A stretch of 64,000 nt of DNA from a virus: IMG/VR virus record IMGVR_UViG_3300028780_000001. One strand, 5' to 3'. Under the pieces are notes generated by a model that saw nothing but the letters and a program-made list of their open reading frames with translations, made no database searches and was not told the DNA's origin. Both the position numbers and the translations under genes were made by a program. Below are positions 25,126 to 33,682 of this stretch, one piece after another; the first letter of the stretch is position 1, and each line of letters opens with the position of its first letter.

Positions 25126-25347
25126 ATGAAAGTGTCGCTAAAATTTCTCAAGGTAAACCCGGAAACGGCAAACATTACCGCTGGCATCGCATTTATTTGT
25201 GCTGTGTTTGCGTTCTCGTTCGGCTGCTGGTACCTGGTGCTATTCAAGCTGTTGCCGTACCTGATTCATCACCTGTCGTTTAGCTGCGCGGCTAGAGTAA
25301 ATCCTCTAGTTACTTTCTCGACGATTGTCGATAAGCTTCGTCAATAG
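25126..25347 (+). CDS. membrane protein
   Basis: AAGGA RBS; two hydrophobic helices; 3' end reads through the next cassette. Confidence 0.45.
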   Translation: MKVSLKFLKVNPETANITAGIAFICAVFAFSFGCWYLVLFKLLPYLIHHLSFSCAARVNPLVTFSTIVDKLRQ

Positions 25348-25376
25348 AATCGACCCAACACAGAAAGGAATAGATC
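25292..25376 (+). promoter_or_regulatory. early promoter-leader cassette (variant CTAGAG/CTCTAG)
   Basis: CTAGAG 25292-25297/CTCTAG 25304-25309; TCGA 25318/25328; -10 TAAGCT 25332-25337; AGAAAGGAATAGA before ATG 25377. Confidence 0.5.
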
Positions 25377-25760
25377 ATGAAAAAGTTCACCCTCTCAGAA
25401 GTGCTAGTAATCGTTATGTTGTTCGCGGCTGTAATGGTCGTCGCGCGCCCGACACAGGCCCATACCGTTTGCGGACCCTACGCATGCCAGCCCGCGCCGG
25501 TGTTCGAGCCGCACGTTCTCGCCGATTATGAGCAGTCGGTCGAAGGGCATCGCCAGCGCATGACCCTGACCGATTTCGCGTGCAACGGGCGCGGTCGCGA
25601 AGCGGTGTTTGTCGACGGAAACCCCAACCATTTCATGCGCGGTTGCTGGTCGAATGGGCCACAGAACATGATCGAGATTGCATGGCCCAATGGCAACGTC
25701 GCTGAAATCCCGTATGGCGAACTGGTTAGCACGCCTTACGGTGAGAAGGTCGGTTTCTGA
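25377..25760 (+). CDS. secreted/periplasmic protein
   Basis: Signal-peptide-like MKKFTLSEVLVIVMLFAAVMVVARPTQA; paired Cys. Confidence 0.6.
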   Translation: MKKFTLSEVLVIVMLFAAVMVVARPTQAHTVCGPYACQPAPVFEPHVLADYEQSVEGHRQRMTLTDFACNGRGREAVFVDGNPNHFMRGCWSNGPQNMIEIAWPNGNVAEIPYGELVSTPYGEKVGF

Positions 25761-25877
25761 ATGGACTTCCTTCACGTTCTCGCCTTTACCGCTGGCGTGT
25801 TGCTCGTAAGCAGGTTCACGGCCGCGCCCGTGTTCGTCGGTATCGTTCTACTGTGCTACGCGGGCGGGTTTATCTGA
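25761..25877 (+). CDS. mini membrane peptide 1 (38 aa)
   Basis: Hand-translated MDFLHVLAFTAGVLLVSRFTAAPVFVGIVLLCYAGGFI; starts 1 nt after upstream stop. Confidence 0.45.
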   Translation: MDFLHVLAFTAGVLLVSRFTAAPVFVGIVLLCYAGGFI

Positions 25878-25878
25878 T

Positions 25879-26019
25879 ATGCGTCGACGCTACCGACCGC
25901 CGTCTGTGTTCGATTGCCTGTTGCTGGTTGGCGGCGTACTACTGATCATCGGCCATAACGTACTGATCGGCCTTGTGCTGATCCTGATTTCTATGCAGGA
26001 ATTTTTCGAGGGAATTTAA
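25879..26019 (+). CDS. mini membrane peptide 2 (46 aa)
   Basis: MRRRYRPPSVFDCLLLVGGVLLIIGHNVLIGLVLILISMQEFFEGI. Confidence 0.45.
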   Translation: MRRRYRPPSVFDCLLLVGGVLLIIGHNVLIGLVLILISMQEFFEGI

Positions 26020-26022
26020 CCT

Positions 26023-26124
26023 ATGTCGGTTATCGTTTTCATCGGCGGTTGCGTGCTCGTCTCGTGCGATCATCCCATCATGGGCGTACTGCTGATCCTG
26101 TGTGCGTTTGGAGTGTTCTCGTGA
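26023..26124 (+). CDS. mini membrane peptide 3 (33 aa)
   Basis: MSVIVFIGGCVLVSCDHPIMGVLLILCAFGVFS. Confidence 0.45.
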   Translation: MSVIVFIGGCVLVSCDHPIMGVLLILCAFGVFS

Positions 26125-26351
26125 AAATTATCGCCACGATCCGCTATCACGCGGACAACGACCCGGACGAAACACCGTTCTCGAACCCTGTCGACGCGAA
26201 TCGCCATGGTGATCGGCTGGCGATCGTCAAGAAAATTCGCGCGCATATGGCAAATGTTTGGGTCTTCGGCGCCGAGCAGCATGTTTACGAACTGACGAAT
26301 AATGACTGGATCGAAATCGTCTCGATCGTGCAGCGAGAAACACCAACGTAA
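26121..26351 (+). CDS. hypothetical protein
   Basis: GTGA overlap start inside ORF 26049-26351. Confidence 0.45.
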   Translation: MKIIATIRYHADNDPDETPFSNPVDANRHGDRLAIVKKIRAHMANVWVFGAEQHVYELTNNDWIEIVSIVQRETPT

Positions 26352-26366
26352 CTCGACAAGTGTCGC

Positions 26367-26396
26367 TTTACACGTTACGCCGGATTAGTTTACAAT
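26367..26396 (+). promoter_or_regulatory. sigma70-like promoter
   Basis: TTTACA 26367-26372, 18-nt spacer, TACAAT 26391-26396. Confidence 0.55.
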
Positions 26397-26426
26397 TCGA
26401 CCCAATGTAATCTATTGGGGTTGATC

Positions 26427-26837
26427 ATGATCGACGAGCAAAAGGCGCGCAAGCTCGAAGCGCTCGAAGAAATTCGACGCATGCGTGAAGAGAACAGAAA
26501 GAAGGATGCCGAAGAACGTCGATCAAACCTGATCAAGAAAGCCAAAGAACGCGACCAGGCCATTCGTGACCGTCACGACCGAAACATAGAAGGTAACCGC
26601 CGTCGACGCGGAGCGATTGGCGTATTCTGGACTAGCAGGGGTATTACCAAGCTTCACCCTTACTCGACGCGGGCCATGATCGTGCGATGGATGCGCGAGC
26701 ACCTTGCCGAAGGGCAATCGATCGATATCGACGAGCTTCACAAGAAGTGCTCGCCCTTCCTGTACGGCGCCAAGATTCGACAGCACCTGGTTCGCCTCGA
26801 AGAGTTCGGCCATATCGAGTACGTATTTAAAACGTAA
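26427..26837 (+). CDS. coiled-coil + winged-helix-like protein
   Basis: Charged N-terminal helix; C-terminal IRQHLVRLEEFGHIEY wing-like segment. Confidence 0.5.
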   Translation: MIDEQKARKLEALEEIRRMREENRKKDAEERRSNLIKKAKERDQAIRDRHDRNIEGNRRRRGAIGVFWTSRGITKLHPYSTRAMIVRWMREHLAEGQSIDIDELHKKCSPFLYGAKIRQHLVRLEEFGHIEYVFKT

Positions 26838-26846
26838 GGAATCCTT

Positions 26847-27188
26847 ATGAGAATCAAGACTCTCACGATTGCAGAAGCCAAGGTCGCTCGTGAGTCGTGG
26901 CGCCGTACGTTCGCCCTGTTTCCTGTCAGGGTTGCCGATGGGGAATGGCGCTGGCTTGAGTTCGTCGAGCGTAGAGAACTGTCGACGGTATCGAGATATG
27001 TAAGAACCTTTACGGTTCAGCATCGCGCGCCCGGCGCTGTCGATTTTTACCCGCCCTACCCTTGGCTCGTCGGAGACGGTCGTAACCGTATTTGCAATCA
27101 GGATTTTGAAGTTGAACAGCGCCGCTCCAACCGAGACCGACCTGAATTCCCCAAATCAGAAATCATAAAGGATCATCGTGCAAGCTAA
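26847..27188 (+). CDS. hypothetical protein
   Basis: AAGGAATCC RBS then ATG. Confidence 0.5.
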   Translation: MRIKTLTIAEAKVARESWRRTFALFPVRVADGEWRWLEFVERRELSTVSRYVRTFTVQHRAPGAVDFYPPYPWLVGDGRNRICNQDFEVEQRRSNRDRPEFPKSEIIKDHRAS

Positions 27189-27756
27189 TGACCGACCGCT
27201 TTACATCTTCGATCTTGACGGGACATTGGCCCTGATCGATCACCGACGACCGCTTGTCGAGGCGCCGTATATTTTCGTCGGTGACGCCGCGAATACGCAC
27301 TCGATCCATGACCCGAATCACCCGCGCAAGTACAAGACGATCGACGGGATGGTGTATCAGCAAGACCCCAATTTCAAGCCGGATTGGTCCGCGTTCTATG
27401 ACGCGTGCCACCTGGACGTGCCGAACATGCCGGTCGTGCGCACATTCAACCAGCTTTACACGATCGGCGCCGAACTCATGATCTGGTCGGGTCGCGAGGA
27501 TAGCGTTCAGGATAAGTCGATTCAATGGCTGTCGCGTGTCCTGAACATTCACGGCCATATGCTCGCGCAAATGCTCAGGATGCGCCCAACCGGCGACTAC
27601 ACGCCCGACGAGCAGCTTAAGCGCAAATGGCTCAACCAGCTTCAGCCGTCGCAGCGTCAACGCCTGACCGCCGTTTTCGACGATCGAGACAAGGTCGTAA
27701 AGATGTGGCGCGGCGAAGGCGTTACGTGCTTTCAGGTGGCGCCGGGAGAATTCTAG
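27178..27756 (+). CDS. HAD phosphatase, polynucleotide-kinase 3'-phosphatase-like
   Basis: Motif I IFDLDGTL; motif IV VFDDRDKVVKMWRGEGVTCFQV. Confidence 0.7.
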   Translation: MQANDRPLYIFDLDGTLALIDHRRPLVEAPYIFVGDAANTHSIHDPNHPRKYKTIDGMVYQQDPNFKPDWSAFYDACHLDVPNMPVVRTFNQLYTIGAELMIWSGREDSVQDKSIQWLSRVLNIHGHMLAQMLRMRPTGDYTPDEQLKRKWLNQLQPSQRQRLTAVFDDRDKVVKMWRGEGVTCFQVAPGEF

Positions 27757-27811
27757 TCATAGCACGAAATAATATCGATCATCAATTTTAACATTACTAC
27801 CAGGATAAATA

Positions 27812-28033
27812 ATGTTCTCACTACTAATCACAACCCTTAACGCAACGACGACCAACGGCAATCGCAAGTCTCCGCCGCGCCTGATCCCGGTAGGCTCGCA
27901 CACCACATCGTTTATGTCGGAAGAGTTACGAGAAGCAGCGATTACTGCGATCGACAAGTACAACGCCGATCGCTACAGCGAGGCTGTTGCGCATATCGTC
28001 GGCCATATCTCGTACATGTACGTGCGCCTGTAA
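27812..28033 (+). CDS. hypothetical protein
   Basis: ATG ORF after AT-rich gap. Confidence 0.4.
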   Translation: MFSLLITTLNATTTNGNRKSPPRLIPVGSHTTSFMSEELREAAITAIDKYNADRYSEAVAHIVGHISYMYVRL

Positions 28034-28066
28034 ATCGTCGCGAATCGTAACAATCAAGGAATCCTC

Positions 28067-29137
28067 ATGAATCAACCAATCAAGCGCGAAATGTCCGGTC
28101 GTATCGTCGTGATTAACATCGACGGCTGTATCAGTGACGATCGCTGGCGCCGGGCTCGCGTACCGGAAGGTGCCAATCAACCCGAACACTTCGCGCACTA
28201 TCACGCTGGCGCAAGCGACGATCCACCGTTGCATTTCGGTTCGGCCATTCTCATGAATCACATCGCTAACGGCGATTTCATCGTTTTCGCGACCGGTCGC
28301 TATGCGAAAGAGGCGGAATCGACCGCCGCATGGATTAGCCGGAATTTCCGTATCGAGCCGGTTACCGACTTTTCCATCCTCATGCGCGCCGACGAAGACC
28401 AACGCCCGGTCGTCGAAGTGAAGCGAGAGTTTGCCGCATACCTGAATAATTCGTTCTGCCAACAGAAGGGAATGAAAGTCGTCGCGGCATACGACAACCG
28501 TCGGGACGTTGTTGAAGTCTATCGCGAAGCCGGATTCGAATCGACCATCCTGAACGAGAACGGTGAGTTCGTCCCGTATGAAGGCGACGGCGACGACCAG
28601 AAGGCGTCGAGCGATCAACCGCTGGTTCCGACCGGCCTGCACGTACCATCGATTCAGACCGTTCGGAACGTACCGTTGCCTACCGAAATCAGAATAAACG
28701 ACTTGGTGAACGTTTCAACAATGAACACGAGCGGCGCGGAGAACAGTGTTGCGCGCGACGGGTTCGAAAAGAATATTGCCGAACTCGTCGCGTCGATCGG
28801 TTCAATAGGCTCTCTCGGCGTCGCGCTCGACGCGGGCGTTATGAAGGATGTCGGGATTCCATCGGCGCTCCCACTCGCGGAAAAAGTCGACTATAGCAAC
28901 CGGAAGCACTCGCACTATTTCAAGGACGTTCGACACCTTGATTACGTCGACGTCTACCGCGTACTGCAACTGTTCAACGTCACGGACAACGCAATCGGAC
29001 ACGCGATCAAGAAACTTCTTGTCGCCGGTTGTCGCGGCTCGAAGCCCAAAAACAGGGATATCTCCGAGGCAATCGACTCTTTGGAGCGCTGGCTCGAACT
29101 GAACGCCGAAGACTTTTTCAACCAGAACGCGACATAG
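28067..29137 (+). CDS. fusion: degenerate HAD/PNK-phosphatase-like domain + C-terminal small helical nucleotide-hydrolase-associated (DUF3310-like) domain
   Basis: VINIDGCI (Asp nucleophile is Asn), AAYDNRRDVVEVYREAGF; C-terminal HSHYFKDV...GHAIKKLLVAGCRGSKPKNRDISEAIDSLERWLE. Confidence 0.55.
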   Translation: MNQPIKREMSGRIVVINIDGCISDDRWRRARVPEGANQPEHFAHYHAGASDDPPLHFGSAILMNHIANGDFIVFATGRYAKEAESTAAWISRNFRIEPVTDFSILMRADEDQRPVVEVKREFAAYLNNSFCQQKGMKVVAAYDNRRDVVEVYREAGFESTILNENGEFVPYEGDGDDQKASSDQPLVPTGLHVPSIQTVRNVPLPTEIRINDLVNVSTMNTSGAENSVARDGFEKNIAELVASIGSIGSLGVALDAGVMKDVGIPSALPLAEKVDYSNRKHSHYFKDVRHLDYVDVYRVLQLFNVTDNAIGHAIKKLLVAGCRGSKPKNRDISEAIDSLERWLELNAEDFFNQNAT

Positions 29138-29144
29138 TCGATCC

Positions 29145-29318
29145 TTGTCGAATTAGCTCGAAATGTTGTACACTGGCTGCTCCTCGTCTCGTAAAGACAC
29201 TCAGGAGGAACAGCCAGAAAGACCGCTCAAGACAAATCCGCCCGGCCGTTTCTGGTTCGGCTCTGGTCTTCAGCCGTAACCCGTCGCACCGCACGAACAT
29301 AGAAAGAGGATAGAAAGA
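29145..29318 (+). promoter_or_regulatory. promoter plus long structured leader of the replication operon
   Basis: TTGTCG 29145-29150, TACACT 29169-29174; interrupted stem 29175-29184/29203-29215; AGAAAGAGGATAGAAAGA then ATG 29319. Confidence 0.5.
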
Positions 29319-29603
29319 ATGACAGATAAAGCATGGTCTATCGATAGCGAAGAAGAGTTGCGCAATACTCAACTTCGTCTGCAGGAACTGAAGCGTCAGA
29401 AGGATATGTCGACGGCGCGGATTCACGACAAGATCGGAAAGTACATCGACAAGACCGTTGCGGGTCACGAACTGGATTTGAGAGGGGTCAATGACTTTCT
29501 GGTTGTCCATCGTTGGGAACTGATCAATATCCTGACCGAGGGCGAGTATGCGAAACTCTTGCAGTTTCGCGCCCTTTCATTGGAACAGACCGAGAATGAC
29601 TGA
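29319..29603 (+). CDS. hypothetical protein
   Basis: ATG after leader. Confidence 0.55.
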   Translation: MTDKAWSIDSEEELRNTQLRLQELKRQKDMSTARIHDKIGKYIDKTVAGHELDLRGVNDFLVVHRWELINILTEGEYAKLLQFRALSLEQTEND

Positions 29604-29913
29604 ACGTACACGTCGAGCGCTCGCGCGTCGCGATTTTTTCAAGGGATACACACCGAACAGGCCGTCGGCAATCGCCAATTCTTTCGGTGCACCGATTCAT
29701 AAGCCGCTGTGCATCCGCAGCATGCGCCAGTATTATCGCGCCGTGAAGCTTCACAACGAGCGTGCTACTGCCGCGAGCCCGAACGGAGAAAACCTCCTTC
29801 ACATGCTGCGCGGGCAATCGCCTCATGACCATTTGAAGGACATGTCGAGTAGCCGGATTGCTCGTGACGTTCGAGACGCAAAGCGCCGCATGAGGATCGA
29901 TCATGCTGTTTAG
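29596..29913 (+). CDS. hypothetical basic protein
   Basis: Internal ATG 29596 of ORF 29548-29913. Confidence 0.45.
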   Translation: MTERTRRALARRDFFKGYTPNRPSAIANSFGAPIHKPLCIRSMRQYYRAVKLHNERATAASPNGENLLHMLRGQSPHDHLKDMSSSRIARDVRDAKRRMRIDHAV

Positions 29914-30466
29914 CATCTTCGATACCGAAACGACAGGCCTCACTAAGCATCCCGAAGCGTCGATCGAAGATCAGCCGAAGATTATCGAGTTCGGCGGAAT
30001 CATCACCGACGGCGTGAGCGTGCTCGAAGAGCTTGAGTTCAAATGTAATCCCGGGCAGGCGCTCGAAGCGGTGATTACGAAGATCACGGGATTGACCGAC
30101 GCCGACCTAAAGGACAAGCCTCCGTTCGCGTCGTACGTCGAAGACCTTCGCAACTACTTCACGAAGACGCGCGGTCGGATCGCGCATAACCTTTCCTTCG
30201 ACCGTGACATGCTGTACTACGATTGCGAGCGTGCCGGGCTGAAGCTATCCGACATCGGCTATTACGTTGACGCGCCCGGCGGATCGACAACGATCGAGAT
30301 TTGTACCGTCGAGCAAAGCTTCTTCGAGTATGGCCGAAACATGAAGCTTCAGGAACTGATCGAAATCGTCAAGGGCGAATACGTTCAGAAGCACAGGGCG
30401 CTCGACGACGTTTTACAACTGTTCGACGTGGCGAAGTTTTTGGGTATCTTCGAGGTGTTCGCATAA
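29903..30466 (+). CDS. DnaQ-like DEDDh 3'-5' exonuclease
   Basis: ExoI IFDTETTGL, ExoII AHNLSFDRDML, ExoIII HRALDDV. Confidence 0.8.
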   Translation: MLFSIFDTETTGLTKHPEASIEDQPKIIEFGGIITDGVSVLEELEFKCNPGQALEAVITKITGLTDADLKDKPPFASYVEDLRNYFTKTRGRIAHNLSFDRDMLYYDCERAGLKLSDIGYYVDAPGGSTTIEICTVEQSFFEYGRNMKLQELIEIVKGEYVQKHRALDDVLQLFDVAKFLGIFEVFA

Positions 30467-30666
30467 TGCAGGTTCTTTACATGACGGTGCAAAAGAAGCT
30501 TCCACTTACGCCGCGCGAGTGTTCGCAAATCTCCCGCGACTGTAACGTTCAAATCGTCGCGCTCGAATCGCTGTCGACAGGCTTTTTCTATTCGGTCGAG
30601 TTTATGGAAGGATCGAACAACGAAAACGTGTCGACCGTCCTTTGTCAGGTGGCTGATCCCGTATGA
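30466..30666 (+). CDS. hypothetical protein
   Basis: TAATG overlap. Confidence 0.45.
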   Translation: MQVLYMTVQKKLPLTPRECSQISRDCNVQIVALESLSTGFFYSVEFMEGSNNENVSTVLCQVADPV

Positions 30667-30854
30667 GTATGCAATATCTAAATGGCGGGTTCGAAGTGCT
30701 CGTTATCATGGCGCTTTTGCCGGACGGAAAAATTGCAGTGTGCGACGTTGATCGTGCGGGCGATGATCCGCTTGTTTCTATGGATGGCGCGCGACGTTTC
30801 GAGGTTGCAATCCAGTTTCCGCAGAAAGAAATCACGCGAGTAGAGGCAAAATGA
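30663..30854 (+). CDS. hypothetical protein
   Basis: ATGA overlaps on both sides. Confidence 0.45.
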   Translation: MSMQYLNGGFEVLVIMALLPDGKIAVCDVDRAGDDPLVSMDGARRFEVAIQFPQKEITRVEAK

Positions 30855-33682
30855 TCCAGTTCCCCCAATTGCGGGTCCGTACCGGCTTCAGCTTCAAGAA
30901 GGCATACGGACACCTTGACGACGTCACGGAACGCCTTCAGGCGATCAATACGGGGTCCGCCGGTATCGTCGACGCGGGCACATGGGGCCATGTGAAGTAC
31001 GAAGATGCCATGAAGAAAGCGGGTATCACGCCGATGTTCGGCGCCGAACTCCCGGTGATCACTGAAGGTTCCGACTTCAAGCCGCGCGCCTGGGTACTCG
31101 CGAAGGATACGCGTAAGCTGTACAACATCACGTCGCGAGCCGAACGCAACGGCGGTGTATCTGCTGTCGAACTGGCGCATTCGCGAGAAGGGCTAATCAG
31201 GTTTATGGGCGGCGCAATCCACGCACCGCACGGCGCCTTCGATTACGTCGATATCAACCCTGCGTCGATCACGCATGCGCTCAAGGCGGTTCGCTACGCG
31301 CGGCGTTTCAACATGCCAATGGTGCTTACATCGTACAACGACATGCCCGACTACAGGCATGAGTCGGACGCGTACGCATGGGAGGTTCGACAGTCTGTCG
31401 GGCCGCGCATCATTTCGGATGTCGGCGCGCTGCATGAATACCTGGTTGAGGATGCCGGTATCATGACGAACGCGGAATTTACCGACGCCGTCTATAGCAC
31501 ACATGCGATCGCCGATCAATTGAAAGACGTCAAGCTTCAGAAGGCACCACTGATCGAACTCGAAGGCGATATGGTCGCAGAAGCGCGCGAGGGCATGCGA
31601 GAACGCCTGGCGCTGGGGCACATCAAGGAATGGACACCTGAATATGAAGCGCGCTTCAATAGCGAAATTGAAATTATCAAGGCGAAAGCGTTTGACTCTT
31701 ACTTTCTGTGCGTGGCGGACCTTATCCGCTTCGCAAAAAAGAAGATGCTCGTTGGCCCGGCGCGCGGCTCGTCGGCCGGTTCACTCATTTGCTATCTACT
31801 TAGAATTACTGAAGTTGATCCGATCAAATATGGCCTTCTCTTCTATCGGTTCATTGACATCAGTCGTTCAGACTTCCCGGATATCGACATCGACTTCGCC
31901 GACACTAAACGTTACATGGTGTTTGACTACCTGAAGGAAAAGTACGGTGAACAAAACGTATCTAAGCTTGGAAACGTCAGTTTCCTTAAAGGACTGTCGA
32001 CGCTTGAAAAAGTCCGTCAAAAGTTTGCGCTCCCGTTTAGTGCGACGGACCAGGTTAAAGCCTCGCTTGTTGATTACCCTGAAGGCGACCCGCGCTATGG
32101 TTTCGCTGTACAGGACACCATTAATCAGACAGAAGCGGGGCGCGAGTTTGGTCGACGCTTTGAATCGGCCGCCGCTTGCGCGAGTGCTATCGAAGTCCAT
32201 CCGTCGCATAGCAGCGTACACGCGGCTGGGATCATCGTGTGTAACGACCCAATTAGCGACTATGCGACCGTCACGGCGGACGGCATTGCGCAAGTCGATA
32301 AACGCGATGCTGAAAAGCTTAACCTGCTCAAAATTGATGCGCTGGGCCTTCGGACCCTTGGCGTGATCGACGACGCCAATTGCGTTACGCACGACGAACT
32401 GTATGCGCTTGAACCTGTCGATCCGGCCTGTTTCAAGATGCTGGACGACGATAAGGTCGGCGGTCTGTTTCAGTTCGAGGGCGACGCGGTGCGCTCGATC
32501 ACGCGCCAAATGACGATTGACCGTTTCGACCAGATTGATCACATCACATCACTGGCGCGACCCGGCCCGATGTCGTCTGGTATGGCGAACGCCTATATCA
32601 GGAGGGCGAACGGAAAGGAGTCCGTAACATACGACATTCCGCAGCTTCGACCCATTCTGGAATCGACGCACGGCGTTATCGTGTATCAGGAACAGATTAT
32701 GTCGATCGTGAAGGACGTCGCCGGGTTCGACTGGGAACAGACATCCTCGATCCGCCGTGCGATGGGCAAGAAGATGGGCGAAGAGTACTTTAATAAAAAA
32801 CTCGAAGAGTTCGTCGATGGATGTGCCAAAACGTCAGGTGTTGCGCGCGACGACGCGACGAAGATATGGCAACAAATGCGCACGTTCGGCGCGTACGGCT
32901 TCAACCGGTCCCACAGCGTGAGTTACGGTCTTGTCACGTACTGGACGCTGTACATGAAGGTGTATCACCGTCTGGATTATGCAGCGGCTTCCTTGCGCGC
33001 CGCCAAGGACGACGAACAGGTATATGCAATCCTTCGAGAACTCGCCGCAGAAGGGGTTCCGTACACACCGATGGACCCTGACTATTCGGAAACTAACTGG
33101 ATGGTCGCAGCGGGCCGTCTAGTGGGCGGCATACAAAACGCCAAGGGATACGGCCCGGTTACCGCGCTGAAGTATATCGAGAAGCGTCGACTAGGAATGA
33201 TCACAGAGAAAGATCGGGCCAAGCTGGCGAAAGCAGAAGTCAAGTTCTCCGATATCGCAGAAGCACGGACGCGATGGGGCTGGGCCTATGATGACCCGAC
33301 GGCGATCGGCGTCACGAGCGGAAACCCCATCGTCACAATTAAAGAGGTTCGCGAGCGCGACGACTGTCTTATAATCGTCAAGCTTCGAAAGAAATCACTT
33401 GAAGACGAGAACGACCCTGTTCGACAGAAGCGTCGCGTCGAAAATGGAAAGGCCGAAAAGTATCGAGGGGCGTCGCAATTTCTAGACATGCACTGTGTCG
33501 ATGATAGCGTTGACTCCCCTGTAAAGGTTCGTTTGCGCCCGAAAGAATTTATGACGCACGGCGCATCGATCGCAAAGAACGATCCGGTAGGCGCATGGTA
33601 CCTCGTAAAAGCATGGCGTATCGGCAGTGTCTTCATTGTTAAAAACATCATTCGCATCGACGATAAGGACTGGACCCAGTGA
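30851..33682 (+). CDS. dnaE: DNA polymerase III alpha-type (DnaE-like) replicative polymerase
   Basis: GPARGSSAGSLICYLLRITEVDP, FPDIDIDF, N-terminal PHP-like region; 943 aa. Confidence 0.9.
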   Translation: MIQFPQLRVRTGFSFKKAYGHLDDVTERLQAINTGSAGIVDAGTWGHVKYEDAMKKAGITPMFGAELPVITEGSDFKPRAWVLAKDTRKLYNITSRAERNGGVSAVELAHSREGLIRFMGGAIHAPHGAFDYVDINPASITHALKAVRYARRFNMPMVLTSYNDMPDYRHESDAYAWEVRQSVGPRIISDVGALHEYLVEDAGIMTNAEFTDAVYSTHAIADQLKDVKLQKAPLIELEGDMVAEAREGMRERLALGHIKEWTPEYEARFNSEIEIIKAKAFDSYFLCVADLIRFAKKKMLVGPARGSSAGSLICYLLRITEVDPIKYGLLFYRFIDISRSDFPDIDIDFADTKRYMVFDYLKEKYGEQNVSKLGNVSFLKGLSTLEKVRQKFALPFSATDQVKASLVDYPEGDPRYGFAVQDTINQTEAGREFGRRFESAAACASAIEVHPSHSSVHAAGIIVCNDPISDYATVTADGIAQVDKRDAEKLNLLKIDALGLRTLGVIDDANCVTHDELYALEPVDPACFKMLDDDKVGGLFQFEGDAVRSITRQMTIDRFDQIDHITSLARPGPMSSGMANAYIRRANGKESVTYDIPQLRPILESTHGVIVYQEQIMSIVKDVAGFDWEQTSSIRRAMGKKMGEEYFNKKLEEFVDGCAKTSGVARDDATKIWQQMRTFGAYGFNRSHSVSYGLVTYWTLYMKVYHRLDYAAASLRAAKDDEQVYAILRELAAEGVPYTPMDPDYSETNWMVAAGRLVGGIQNAKGYGPVTALKYIEKRRLGMITEKDRAKLAKAEVKFSDIAEARTRWGWAYDDPTAIGVTSGNPIVTIKEVRERDDCLIIVKLRKKSLEDENDPVRQKRRVENGKAEKYRGASQFLDMHCVDDSVDSPVKVRLRPKEFMTHGASIAKNDPVGAWYLVKAWRIGSVFIVKNIIRIDDKDWTQ

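Noticed and set aside
1871-25376. Repeated ~100-bp elements considered as a CRISPR array or MITE-like mobile elements
   Set aside because: The copies are kilobases apart, and each is oriented towards and abuts a start codon. They contain promoter hexamers and show no target-site duplications or terminal inverted repeats spanning the unit. They are regulatory cassettes, not a CRISPR array or transposons.
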